64,000 nucleotides of DNA from Phaeosaccion multiseriatum (lineage: Eukaryota; Protista; Ochrophyta, other classes), in the NCBI GenBank assembly GCA_965112735.1, contig OZ218956.1, positions 1,488,001-1,552,000 on the forward strand. Reading direction: 5' to 3'. Under the pieces are notes generated by a model, which saw only the letters and a program-made list of their open reading frames with translations, was not told where the DNA came from and searched no databases. Made by a program: the position numbers and the translations under genes. Of the stretch, positions 1 to 20,932 are shown one piece after another. How positions within the stretch are numbered: the first letter of the stretch is position 1; each line of letters opens with the position of its first letter.

Positions 1-155
1 CCTCAAGGGGCTCCTTCCTGCGTTCTCGCGCTGAGTCCGCCGCGGGCCATTCATTCCCATCCAAGCAATTAATCAGTTTCCATCAGCCTGGAAGAGGATA
101 TCACCCGTAAACACACAGCCCCATCCACAAGAGCACCACTGCTGCTGCCCACATG

Positions 156-192
<37 letters not shown>

Positions 193-582
193 CTGCTGCT
201 GTCCTGCTTCTCCCTCTCTCGTGGCAGCAGATACGCGTGTTCCATATACAGATACTCGTCATTGCCCTCATATACATATACTCCTCTTTGATCCCCTCCT
301 TCCAAGCCTCCGTGCTGCGCTGGGGTGAAGCTGCTGGTGCTGGTGCTGGTGCTGGTGCTGATGCTGGTCTGGTGCTGCTGTGTACGCAAACCAACCGCCC
401 CCACGCAAAACGGAGAGGACGAGGAGCAACGACGGGGGGCGGGTGGCTTCTCGCTCGCTCACTATTCCACCCCTCTACTCTGCCCAAAGTGGCCATTGGG
501 TCTCTCCTTGCTCATTTGCCTTCCGGCTCTATTCTGAAGTAAAGAGGGAAGAAGCAACTACCCGCCCGTGCGCTCCTCTTTT

Positions 583-2673
583 CTAAGCAAAGTAGTCGTT
601 GCCCGTTCCGGTACCATTGTCTCCAAAGACGATGCTGTCGTGCTTGAGGTTTCTGCTCCAGTAGTTGAGCAACAGCAGGTATGACTCCAAGATCTGCTCC
701 CAGCTGCGACACATTGACAAGTACGCGTTGGACTCCTGTGAGCAGTAGGGGTCAGGACAAGAGGGTAATTGGGTGAGTGGGTGGGAGTGTGCGTGAGTGA
801 GTGCGGGAGTGAGTAAGTGAGTGCGTGCGTGAGTGCGTGAGTGAGTGCGCGCATCGTCATCACCAGAGGCGCGGCAGCAGGGCAGACAAGAGGGGGGGGA
901 GGGTGGGGCAGGCGAAAGACGGGAAGGGAAAGAAAGGGCGGTGGGTGGGTGGGGGAGATACAATGGTAAATTATCACACGGAAGGAAGGAGGCGGGGAGA
1001 GGGAAAGGGCTTTGGCCAAAGGCAAACAACACGAAGCGCTCAGCTCTGTGGTATATGCATCCCCATGCATATAGATACGTGTGTACACACGCACTGGTGT
1101 GGGCATTTGTAGGTACATGGGTCACGGAGGTCCTATCGTCATCGCACCACTACACTACGCACCTGTAGCGTGAGCAGCTCGTGGTGGGCCTTCTCCCAGG
1201 GCTCCAAGTTGTCGACCTTCACCTCCTTCGTTGAGAACATGTGGCGCAACGTGTCCACGCGGGTGGCCAGGTGGGCATTCACCTGTGAGGGGCAAGGACA
1301 CATCCACACACACGCATTTCATCAGACAAATCCCTGTGCACTCGAGCGCGCACACACACACATACGCATAGAGGAGGAGCGAAGCCGGGCGTGCTTTCCT
1401 CCTGACTGACAGACAGACAGACAACCTGCTATCGTTACCAACTGGCGTTCGTGCGTGCGTACGTACCGCCGATCTTGTTGAGTTGCTCCTCTTCATCTCG
1501 CTGACGATCTGTACCTGGAACTTTTGGATCTTCTGTCTGTGAGACTCGGCGAAGGCCTGTGAGCGTCACACGTATCAGCACAGGAGGAGGGGGAGGAAAG
1601 GGGGGGGTTAAGGGGGCATGAGAGGGCGGGTGCCCAACAAGGAAAAGGCTTGGGGTCTAAGCCTGTGCGAGCCTTGGGTCCAAGCGCATGAGCCTTCCTC
1701 GAATCAGTCCATCAACGACGGCTCTGTAAATCCACATCCACCCTACAAGGAGGCACGCACACACATACACACACACACCCACATCCACACACCTGCTCGT
1801 TGGCCGGGAGGCAAAGGTCACACCACGAGAAGAGCCTGTCCAGCAACTCGCGGAACTCGTCCACGAGCACGAGCAGCTCGTGGCTGATGCCGTAGATTTC
1901 GCCCGCCTGGAAGTCATTGGAGCGACCGATGCCGCGGTTGAAGAAGTCGAACACCTTCGGTCGGTGGGTCGATCAGTCAAGCAGTCCATAAGCGGACAAA
2001 CACGGGTGGGTGGGCGGGCGGGCGGGCGGGAGGGTGGGTGAGGCGCAGGGTGCGGGCAAGCATATGGGTGAGAGACTGATTGTGTATGCCCACGCCCGGC
2101 ACGGCGGGGGCGGTGGTGGCGGGGGGCGCAAGAGGGGAAGGGGGACGGGCAGGCCGGCTGACCCGTGTGGTGGACTCCCCTCTCATCTTGTTTCCATCCG
2201 GCTGGGGGGCTTCGTCTCTCGTCTGCCTGCCCGCTGACTGAGTATGCCCTACTCTGTGCCACCCCTGCCTGCCTCCCGACCGCCTCCCTGCAATCCTCCC
2301 ACCGCGTCTCCCACTGCACCTTCCGTCGTCTCTCGTTGGCGTTGTCCTTCTCCTTGATGAGCTGGAAGACGCGGTAGAAGTCGTCCTTGCGTCGGGCCCG
2401 CAGGTCACTGAACGACTCCATCGTTTTGTGGATGTTCTCCTCGTATACTCTAACGTCTGCCTCGGCTGTGAGCTGACTCCTCAACATCCCCTCCAGGGGC
2501 AGCCCGTCATCGCCTCGACTCCCGCTGCGGGAATCGTCTAGGAGGATGGTGGCTGCCCCCAATCCCGAGCTTGTTGTGGTAACCTTTGTTGCTGCCTTTG
2601 GAGAAGAAGAGGGGCTACTTGTACGTCCTCGCTTCACCCCCTTGCCTCCCGATGCCTCCTTCTCGCCCTCCAT
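583..2673 (-). CDS. Hypothetical protein, 5 exons (~2673-2320, 1954-1793, ~1556-1467, ~1282-1163, ~736-583), about 300 aa
   Basis: ATG at 2673 with an open frame up to AAG|GTGCAG. Successive GT-AG-bounded exons join in frame: VFDFFNRG...ANEQ / AFAESHRQK...RSA / VNAHLATR...TLQ / ESNAYLSM...DYFA*. No family recognised. Confidence 0.7.
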
Positions 2674-3236
2674 GGCTCACTGTGACTTCGATTTCTCGTT
2701 GGGCTGGGGGGGGCGTTGAGCTGAAATTCGAAATTTGCCATCATCTGCCGCCCTTTTGATGCCCTTTTCATCGTCACCTCTCACGCGTCTTTCTTTCCTC
2801 TCTGGCTACTGCTGCTGCCGCTGCCCTCCCATAATAAACCACTCGTTCGCTACTACTACCTTCCCACTTCTCTTCCCTCTGCTGGTCGCGCGTGTTGAGG
2901 GTGGCCTGGCCCCGAATTTTGCAAGGAAAGGACGGCACGAGGATCCTGCCTACTCCCCACTTTGTGTCAAGAAGCGCCGCCTCCCCTTAGAGAAACACGG
3001 AACTGCACACCTACTGCCGCTGGACGACTCCTCTTGCAGGATTTGTGCCTGAGTCAGCCTTGTAGGCCTTTCTTGGCCAGCAGGACAACGCGCCTAGGAT
3101 ATAATTTTTTATTTCGCCTCCTGCCTGCCTGCTTTGCAGTGGTTTGAGGAGGTGAGGCGGTGCCGGCACCACGGCGAGAGGCGGGTTGGTTGGGAGGTAG
3201 CTACGGTTGCTAGCGAAGGAGGGGGGCGCGCGTACA
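2674..3236. promoter_or_regulatory. Putative bidirectional promoter / 5' UTR region between divergent genes
   Basis: Head-to-head start codons at 2673 (-) and 3237 (+), about 560 bp apart, with an AT-rich patch (gatataatttttta) near 3100. Confidence 0.4.
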
Positions 3237-6200
3237 ATGGGCTGTGGCCCTTCTCAAGACGCCGCCCCCAGCGGCAACAACAGTAGGGCAGCCAAATCGC
3301 TCTACGACCGAGAGAAGGAGGTTGTAGCGTCAAGGTCGAAGGACAAGTTGATGCACAACCTCGTCAACGAAGTGTTCACTGCAAATATTAGAGACAACTA
3401 TGAAATTGAAGACGAAGGACCCGCGCTGGGCACAGGCACTTTCGCCGTGGTGCGCAAAGCGGTAAAGAAGAGCACCAAGAGGGCCTATGCAGTCAAGATC
3501 TTTCGCCTCAAGAAGACGCTCGAGGCCACGGTGCTGGAGACCATCATGGCAGAGGTGAGGCTAAATTAGGGTCACCATTGCCGCTCACCTCGGCAGACAC
3601 AGCCCCCCCTCGGGCGTCCCATCTGACTGACGCACACTGCAACCTCTGCCACACCATCCACTATCATCCACTGCCATCCACTACCATCCACTGCCACCCA
3701 CCCACTACCTCCCCCCCACCCACTACCATCCCCTGCCATCCACCCCCCGACCCTTCCAGGTCAACATCATGAAGAAGCTGAATCACCCCAACATCATCCG
3801 CCTGCAGGAGGTGTATCAGGAGGACAACAAACTCTTCCTCGTCATGGACCTGGCCACGGGGGGTGATGTCTTCGGCCGATACGCCTCCAATAAGGCCTTC
3901 TTCGCCAAGGAGGCAAACGCCGCCTCCATCATGCTACAGGTAAGTGATGGTAGGTAGGTGGGTAGGTAGGTGCGTAGGTAGGGTAGGGTACGTATGTAGA
4001 TAGGTACTTGGCTATAAAGGTAGGTAGGTAGGTAAGAAGATGGAGGTAGGTAGATGGGTAGGCAGGTGTGTAGGTAGATAGGTGGGCAGGCGTGTAGATA
4101 GGTGGCTAGGTAGATACGTATATAGGTATGTAGGTAGAAAGGCAGGTAGGCAAAAGGTAGGTAAGTGGGTAGGTCGGGAGGGGGGAGGGGAGGGAAGAAG
4201 AAGAAAGAAAGGAATTGCCTCACAAGTCTCCTCCTCCTCCTCCTCCTCCTCCTCCTCGTCCTCCTCCCCCTCCTCCCCCTCCTCCTCCTCCTCCTCCTCC
4301 TCCTCCTCCTCCTCCTCCTCCTCCTCCTCCTCCTCCTCCTCCTCCTCCCCACCCCAACCTCGTTGCGCTGCATGCACCTGTGTGTGTGTGTGTGTGTGTG
4401 TGCGTGTAAAGGTGACCAAGGCCGTGCGCTACTGCCACTCCTATGGGGTGGTGCATAGAGACATCAAACTCGAGAATTTGCTCTATGAAGACGAGGGAGA
4501 GTACTCAGAGGTCGGGCTTGGGAGGACTTAGGAGGGAGGAGGGGAGGGAAAGGGAAAGGGGAGGAGAGGGATGAAGTGGACACACGTAGGGTTACGTATC
4601 ACCGAGGCATCCGCTCCACTCTCACTTACAACCAACTACTACCGCAACGACATACCCCAACCCAACGCCTACCTACTACCACAACAAACAGATCAAGCTA
4701 ATGGACTTTGGCCTGTCCACTCTGACGGATGCCGTGCATAGCAACAACCAAAACGCACAAGGAGGCACGGTGGACTACATGTCACCCGAGCAGATCAAGG
4801 GGAAAGGGGACAAGCCCTGCGACATGTGGGCTATCGGAATCCTGACGTATGTCATGCTAGCGGGCTACTTTCCCTTTAATGCTGCCACCAGCGATGGGGT
4901 CAAGCTCAAGATCAAGTAAGTCAGAGGGAGGGGGGAGGGAGGGAGGGAGGGGCAAGGAGGGGAGAGAGATGAAGCGAGCACGTGGAGGAGGAGAGGGGAG
5001 ACGCGCGGGCGTGCGTGTGTGTCACTTAGCCTTTGGCTTTGCTGTACCTGGGGCCAAGCGGTGCTGGTGGCGCTGCTCTTGTGTGTGTGTCCCTGTCTCT
5101 CTTCTCTCCCTCTCCTCTCTCTCTACATACAATAACAATGATATACATGCCTTTCTCTTTCTCTGCCTCCCTCACCTCTCTCCCTCCCCCTCTTTCTCTC
5201 CCTCTCTCTCTGTCTCTCCGTCCTCTCTCTCCTCTCTCTCTCCTGCTCCCTCTCTCTCTGCCTCTCTCTCTCCTGCTCCCTCCCTCCCTCCCTCCCACCC
5301 TGCCTGCCTGCCTCCCTGCGTCTGTCCCTCCCTCCCAGGTGGGGTGGCTACAGTATGCCCAAGGCAGACTTCGCACACGTCAGCGCCGAGGGCAAAGACT
5401 TCATCTCCAAGCTCCTCACCAAAGACGCTGACAAGCGCCTCACCGCCACAGAGGCCATGGACCACCCCTGGCTGAAGATGAGTCTCGACGCGGAGACCCA
5501 CGGGCCTGTCTCGGAAGGGACAATTTCACAGTTCAAGAAGTTTGGGGAGAAGACGGTAGGGAGGGGGAGGGGGAAGGGGAGGGAGGGGAGGGAAGCAGAG
5601 ATGGATGAAAGCAACTCTCGTGTGCGGATTGTGTGCATGTGTGTGTCCACGCCTCGCAATGTTGCTTGCCCTTCCATTTCCCCTCCTCACCTTTCCTTCC
5701 TCCTCCTCCTCCTCCTCCTCCGCCTCCTCCTCCTCCTCCTCCTCCTCCTCCTCCTCCTCCTCCTCCTCCTCCTCTCCTCCTCCTCCTCCTCCTCCTCCTC
5801 CCCCCTCCCTGCCCCCCCTGAACAGGGCATCTACCGGCTAGCCCTGGAGGTAATAGCCCACCACATGGACTCAGGCCGCCTCGCTCAGCTGTCCAAAGAA
5901 TTCCAGAAGTTCGATAAGGACGGCTCAGGACTCATTTCGGAGGATGAGTTTGTGGCGAGGTTGGTGGAGCATGGCACGGAGGAGGAGGAAGCCAAGGCCC
6001 TCTTTGCTAGCGCGGACGTCGACGGTACGGAAGGAGGAGGGGGGAGGGAGTGAAGGGGAGGGGAGGGGAGGGAAAGATGAGCTGACAGAGGAGGCCTGGG
6101 CATTGGTCACAAGGTGCAAGGAGTAGCGACTGCGCTGGGCGGAGTAGCCCGTGTTTCATGTGTGCGTGTGTGTTTGTGCGTGTGTGCGTGTGCGTGTGTG

Positions 6201-7014
6201 TATGTGTGTACATATATTTATGTGTGTATGCGCGTTCCGTGGCCTCCTCTACCATCTGCCGCCCCGTCGCCCTCACCCCCCCTCCCACCCCCATTCACTG
6301 CCTCCCCCCTCCCCCAGGAAGCAAAGAGATCCAACTCAACGAATTCTTAGCCGCGGCGATGGACCGGAGTATAGTCACAGAGAAGGCAGTGGAAGACGCC
6401 TTTGCGCGTCTCGATACAGAGCAAAGAGGAGTGCTCACCGTGGAGGGCCTACGCAAGCTCGTAGGTACGTAAGGGGCTTCCTCCCTTCCTTCCCTTCCTT
6501 CCTACCCTGTCCTGCCCTTCTTGTCGTGCTCTTTTTTTTATTCTTTACTGTCGTCTTTCCTCCTTATTGTGTCTTTCTCCCTCCGTCCCTCTCCCCCTCT
6601 CTACCTCCCTCCCTCTCTTCCTCTCCCTCCCCCTCCTCTCCCTCCCCCTCCTCCCCCTCCCCTCCCTCCCTTCCTCCTTCCTTGCTTCCTTCCTTCCTTC
6701 CTTCCTTTCTTCCTTGTTTCTCCCCCACTGCCATGTCAGGTACCGACATTGGCCAGGACGAGCTTGCACAAGCCCTAAGTGATATGGCGGGTTCGTCGGA
6801 TGAGCAGGGGGAGCCACAACAAGTAACCTTGAAGGAGTTCCGATCGGCCATGGCCAAGAACGTCAGCTTCATGGACCTTAGCCACCATGTGTCTTCAGAG
6901 AGCCTGGCCATGGCTCGAGAGGCGAGTAAGGATGCCGCCCTTAGTGAGATGCCTGCAACCGTGCCAGAGATGATGGAGGAGGGCAAGGAGGTGGCAGAGG
7001 AGGGCATGGAGTAA
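3237..7014 (+). CDS. CDPK: Calcium-dependent protein kinase (CDPK-like: kinase + EF-hands), 8 exons (~3237-3554, 3760-3939, 4412-4510, 4692-4915, 5339-5555, 5826-6024, 6318-6464, 6740-7014)
   Basis: N-terminal MGC (myristoylation/palmitoylation). Kinase motifs LGTGTFAVV, YAVK, HRDIKLEN, DFGLS, GTVDYMSPE and CDMWAIG. EF-hands DKDGSGLISEDE and DVDGSKEIQLNE, plus degenerate EF3/EF4. Canonical splice sites join in frame. Confidence 0.92.
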
Positions 7015-7440
7015 GAGGAAGAGAGGCAAGGGGGTGGGGGTGTTCAGGCGAAGGGGGAGAGGGAGGGAGGGAGGGAGAGAGGGAGGGGGGGTTAGGAGGG
7101 ATGGTTGGAAGGGGCAAGAGGAGGGGCATCGAACCGAGAGCTGGAGATAACGCCGGCGTCGGATCGAATCGTCGCGGAGAGAGGGGGGGGGGGGGGAAGG
7201 AGGGGGAAGAGGAAAGGATGGAGATGGGGAGCAGGAGGGGGAGGAGCTACGGGAGATGCTATTGACTTTACTCTCTCTCGTTAGACTTCGAAGAATTGTG
7301 GAAGGGAGGAGAGGGGAGGTGAGGGGAGGGGAGGGGATGAGAGGGGGGCGGGGGGGATGCAAAACCGTTACAGGACCTTCATCCCATCTCCTTCCCCAAG
7401 GAACGAACGTGACAAGTGTCCGGTCAGCGCAGAAGCTTTC

Positions 7441-7675
7441 GATGTCGACCAAACGATAAGGCGATATGAATACCATTGTCGACCAAACGATAAGGCGATA
7501 TGAATATCAATGTCGACCAAACGATAAGGCGATATGAATATCATTGTCGACCAAACGATAAGGCGATATGAATATCGTTTGGTCGATATGAATATCAATG
7601 TCGACGAAACGATAAGGCGATATATCGATGTCGACGAAACGATCAGAATATACATCGATGTCGACCAAACGATAT
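7441..7675. repeat. ~34-bp tandem minisatellite (TGTCGACCAAACGATAAGGCGATATGAATATCAA), about 7 copies with one inverted fragment
   Basis: Directly visible repeats. The inverted piece atatcgtttggtcga lies at ~7572-7586. Confidence 0.9.
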
Positions 7676-8323
7676 CTTCTGATGGGTGAATGTAAATCGT
7701 ACTTTGAGTTTTTCATGAAGGTGTTAATTACTTTTTATTCCTAACATACACTCTCATTTGATTTTAAAAAAAGAGACACCTATATTACCCCCCCCCTTCG
7801 CTGCTGCAACCCTTACCTTACATAAGGGCCATAAGGGTCTTACATAAGGGTGGTTGGAAGCTAATGCCCCCTCCCCCCCCCCTTAATGCTTCTATCGCGG
7901 AGTTGTCGTTTTTGTTACGCATCCCGGGTAGCGGTGGGCAAGGGAGGGCAACTAAGACCCTCCAAGTCTTTGATGAGATTAGTCGCACCGAAGTACGCCA
8001 ATCGCCTCTTTGAGTGTCAGTCTGGTAAGTCCGGGAAATGAAATTGAAACGAACTGAAGCTGACGGGGGAAGGAGCGAGATGGCTGTCGCACTCTTCTTC
8101 AGGGGTGTATGGGCCATACCCACGGGACAGGCGACGCCAGCTAGCTAGTGCATGGAAGCCAGCATCTATCAACTTTACCTCAATACTAGAGCTCGTCTTC
8201 CAACAGAAAAAAGTACAAAGAATATTCCCGACCTCTACAACTGTACCTGTCATCCCTATCCCAGATAGCCTTACTATCTTCCCCATCTACTGCAGTCCCA
8301 GAAAGGCTATCTCCCCTTCCCTT

Positions 8324-16660
<8,337 letters not shown>

Positions 16661-17208
16661 CTTCTCTCTTTGACACCTTTCCACCCAAACGATCCCCAAA
16701 CTGTTGTTCAACCTCCCTCGTGGTGTGGTGCTCCAGCGTCGCCAGTGTGAATCCTCCACCATATACTTAAGGGTGTAATATACTCCTATACTTCAAGTAC
16801 TAATTTGCCAGGAGGCAGCCAACCCTTATATAAACCAAATGTGTCACCAGATGTAACCCCTAACCTGCCAGAAAGACTGCCTTGGCGGGGGCGGGCGGGC
16901 AGGGCAATGGGGGAGAGGAGCAAAGAACTCTCATGCACCTCCAGCAGCTGCGGGAGGAGAAGTCATGGAGTGGGCTCACGAGAGAGACAAGAAGGCGAAG
17001 CAGGAGGCTAGGAATGAGGAGGCGAAAGAGAAGGCGCACGAAAGGGACGACAAGGCTCACGAGCTGCTCATCCTGCGCCTCGAGGCACAGCCATCCGCAG
17101 CGATCCCGCAGCCCCCCGAAGCCACAGCCCCCACAATCCAGATGGAATAATTGAGGGAGGGAGGAAGCGGGAGAAGGAAGAGGAGGCTTTAGTACCAAGC
17201 CGAAACTG

Positions 17209-17878
17209 GTGCCCTCGAGAGGAGATGGCGGAATTGGCGGGTGTGCTGCCTCTGCGCAAGAGGGCCGAATGTGGCCTCATTGGCTGTTTTTGAGCTTGTG
17301 CAACGCCCTCCAGCACATGGGCTGTCCCCGGGATTTGACGGTGTACATATCTGCAGCGAAGAATGAGCGGCACAGCATGAGTGTGCTCAAGAGCACATGG
17401 CACAGTGTGAGTGTGCTCAAAGGGACGAGCTCCGATGATTCGAGTGTCTGCGCTGATGCTGCACGGAGAGGGGACTTGCCGCTGCTGGAGCTGCTTCTGT
17501 CGAAGGATGTGGACGCGCCGTTCGATCACGATATGTGGCTCAACGCATTCGAGGAGGGCACATCTCTATGCAAGCATTGCTCCTGAACAACACCAAGGTC
17601 AGGATTGAGCTGGAGAGAGCGGAGGAGGCTGGGATATGGAGGGAGGGGGGCTGAAAAGCCGCGGTCTTCTCTCGACTGGAGTCTTTGCGGTGGCGGCATG
17701 CCTGCCGTTGCGGGTGAGTTCTGTGTGTGGATTGCCGGTGTTTGCAATATTCGCAGTGCAGAATAGCACAAGTCTGGCAATGCTACAGTGGCTCCGCTCA
17801 GAAGAGGTGGGCTGTTGGTGGGACGAGATGGCGTGCCCAGAGACCATCAGGAGAGTGGAGGAGGAGGAATTTCCTTAA
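17209..17878 (+). pseudogene. Decayed ankyrin-like repeat gene fragment (GCPWD-type repeats)
   Basis: Frameshifted segments LQHMGCPRDLTVYISAAKN, SVCADAARRGDLPLLELLLS and SLAMLQWLRSEEVGCWWDEMAC resemble the 'AA..GHL.VLQWLR..GCPWD' divergent ankyrin repeats of algae and giant viruses. Confidence 0.5.
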
Positions 17879-18796
17879 CAATGTGTCATCGAGGACGAGG
17901 TCTTAGAGGAGATGGAAGCATTGGGTCCATGCCAACGGACCCTCCTGCGACTGCCAAGACTGAGGAAGGAGGGAGAGGCGGTTGGTGTGTGACTTGTCGG
18001 GCGGTGAGAGACGAAGGCAAAGACTCAGCGGCGGACGATCGAATGTGGAGCAGTTGGTGCTCTCTGTGTTCCGATGCCCGAAGGCGGTGTCGCAGCGGCT
18101 CCATTGTGGCGAAGACGGAGGCAGGTGGGGGGGGGGCAGAGGCGTGTGTTGAGTTGTTGCAGCGAGGGATGTCGGGGGAGGGCCCCCTTCGTTGTTCTGG
18201 AGCGGCTGGGGCACCACACAGATAACACGATTGGGCTCTTTGACGCCCCGAATTGAGGCGGAGGACGCTGACTGCCCTCGGCTGCTGTTCGACGTGGTGC
18301 GGTCGTGGGAGCAGCGCTTCCTCCCCGCCCTCTACCTCGGCCTCAGGGACACCGTGTTGGCCCAGGGACCTCGATACCGCTACGACCGCAGCGTAACAGG
18401 GGAGGCAGCCCGCGCAGTGGCCCAGAGTAGTGACGAGAGTAGTGACGCTGCGCGGGTACCTCATAGACAGTGTCGGGGACAAGTGTCGAGCGGAGGCACC
18501 CTGAAGCGAAGGGAGGAGGGGTGGGCTGTGGGCCACGTCGAGTGCTGCTGCTTGCGGCTCCTGCTAGTCCTGCTGCTGCTGCCTTTTGTTGAGCGGAAGT
18601 GACAACAGACACAGGCGCAGCGAAGGGTGGGCTTGGCTTGTAGGTTTCGATTCCGCGGACGAGTGGGAGGGTGTGGAGAGGTGAGGAGAGAGCGACAGCA
18701 AGTACCTGGAGAGCAAGTACCTGGAGAGCAAGTACCGCGAGACGGGGGGGGCGGGGGGGGGGCAGGCTTCAGAGGAGGCCGGGGGGGGGGGGGGGT

Positions 18797-18828
<32 letters not shown>

Positions 18829-19359
18829 AGTCGCCGTGGATGGAAGAGCAGAGTGACCCTTTGCTGCTGTAAACCAAGCCTGAAGCTTGAAAGGCCTTGG
18901 GGGGTAAGATCAGGAGGGGAAGAGAGGGGGAGCACAACACTCCAAATGGAAGGGGAGGGGGAGAGGTACAACCCCCAACTCCACAAGGGGAAGTTGCCCT
19001 TTCCTTCCGACTTGTATCTTCATACACACATTGAATAAAGGGCCGTTCCTTGCATCAATATTGTATTTTTTAGAAAAGATAAATTTAAATAAACAATTTA
19101 TGCACAGTTTGAGTTACTCCTCGGGGGCACACCCGTCCGCGACAACACAATCGCACCCCAAATCACGGGGCGCCATCAGGCTGGGGAGGGGATAGTCGTA
19201 TGTGTTGGCGTGTGCTTTGAGAGCCTGAATACCGTAAGTAAGCTTAGTAAAAGCCTCTCGCCCCAAAAGACAGAACAATCACATCCATCATCAATCCCTA
19301 TGGCACGCAGCCTGTGGGAGAAGAGCATTCTTCCGAGCCTTACACAACACCAGGTGCAA

Positions 19360-20100
19360 GCAAGCAAGTCCAGCTGCTGCAAGTCCAGCTACTGCAAGTC
19401 CAGCTGCTGCAAGTCCAGCTGCTGCAAGTCCAGCTGCTGCAAGTCCAGCTACTGCAAGTCCCGCTGCTGCAAGTCCAGCTGCAAGTCCAGCTGCTGCAAG
19501 TCCAGCTACTGCAAGTCCAGCTGCTGCAAGTCCAGCTGCTGCAAGTCCAGCTACTGCAAGTCCAGCTGCTGCAAGTCCAGCTGCTGCAAGTCCAGCTGCT
19601 GCAAGTCCCGCTGCTGCAAGTAAGTCCAGCTGCTGCAAGTCCAGCTACTGCAAGTCCAGCTGCTGCAAGTCCTGCGGCTGCAAGTCCAGCTGCAAGTCCA
19701 GCTGCAAGTCCAGCTGCTGCAAGTCCAGCTGCAAGTCCAGCTGCAGGTCCTGCGGCTACAAGTCCAGCTACTGCAAGTCCCGCTGCAGGTCCTGCGGCTG
19801 CAAGTCCAGCTGCTGCAAGTCCAGCTGCTGCAAGTCCTGGGGCTGCAAGTCCAGCTGCAAGTCCAGCTGCAGGTCCTGCGGCTGCAAGTCCAGCTACTGC
19901 AAGTCCCGCTGCAGGTCCTGCGGCTACAAGTCCAGCTACTGCAAGTCCCGCTGCAGGTCCTGCGGCTACAAGTCCAGCTACTTCAAGTCCCGCTGCAGGT
20001 CCTGCGGCTGCAAGTCCAGCTGCAGGTCCAGCTGCACAGCTGCAAGTCCAGCTGCAGGTCCTGCGGCTGCAAGTCCAGCTACTGCAAGTCCCGCTGCAGT
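19360..20100. repeat. ~15-bp minisatellite array (TGCAAGTCCAGCTGC and 12/15-bp variants), about 50 units
   Basis: Directly visible. It gives long open frames on both strands (CKSSC, ASPAA, LQVQL, AAGLA). Confidence 0.95.
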
Positions 20101-20932
20101 CTCCTCCACTCGCTCGAGCCTTCCTCGAGCGCCCTAGCTCCTCTGCTCCTTTGCGTGTGCATGACAACACACGTAGGATGACATTCTATTCAAAGTACTG
20201 TTGGGTGTTCTTTGGGACCACTTGAGCGGGCGGGCGGGCGGGGGCTTACTGTGGGGAAATACCACAAGGGGGAGTACTGAGTGGTAGCTGTAGGCCTCTC
20301 AGCCACCACTGCAGCACAGAAGCACTCGCTCAGCGGAGCTCATCAGACGTACGCACCCCCTCGCCCCTCTCTCCGCCGCAACGCAGGACGGGAGGGAGCA
20401 AGCCCATTGGCAAAGCACATGGGCAGTCCCCCCCCCCTCCTCACCCCCTCCTCCCTCCCCCTGCTCTGCTTTGCTCTGCTCTCGTGCTCATAGCGCCAAC
20501 TCTCAGGCTCAGCTTCGCCCCTACAGATGGGAGGGAGGACACAACCGCCCCCTGCAGTGCCTTGTTTGGGAGGGCACGTCGGAGGGCACCTGTCGTCGTC
20601 GCCCTCCTTCCTCCTGCATCGCTACTTCATTCTTCTCTTACGGCGACTCACTCCGAAGGCGCACTTGGGCAGTCAAGTTGGGCGGAGACTTCCTCCCTAT
20701 GACTCGTCATCTTCTCCATCATCTCCCTCCACACTTGTGCCTCCCTTTGACTCGTCAGCGTCTCCACCATCTCCCTCCCGACTTGCGCAAATGGACGCAC
20801 TTGGGCAGTCAAGTTGGGCTGAGAATATGAACATCCCACCCCTTTGAAAGGATCCACAGACCGGCCTTGTCGCTGAGGAGGACGAGACAACACCCCTCCC
20901 CTCCCGTCAATAGTCCGCAGCGGTCACCCGTG

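Noticed and set aside
69-560. Short ORFs with poly-A/S/Q
   Set aside because: They are driven by (CTG)n and (CTGGTG)n repeats, probably in the 3' UTR of the orphan gene.
7441-7675. CRISPR-like array
   Set aside because: Head-to-tail repeats without unique spacers, in a eukaryotic context with no cas genes.
19110-20280. MITE-like terminal inverted repeats (tactcc.../...ggagta) around the 15-bp array
   Set aside because: The match is only about 6 bp, too short to support.
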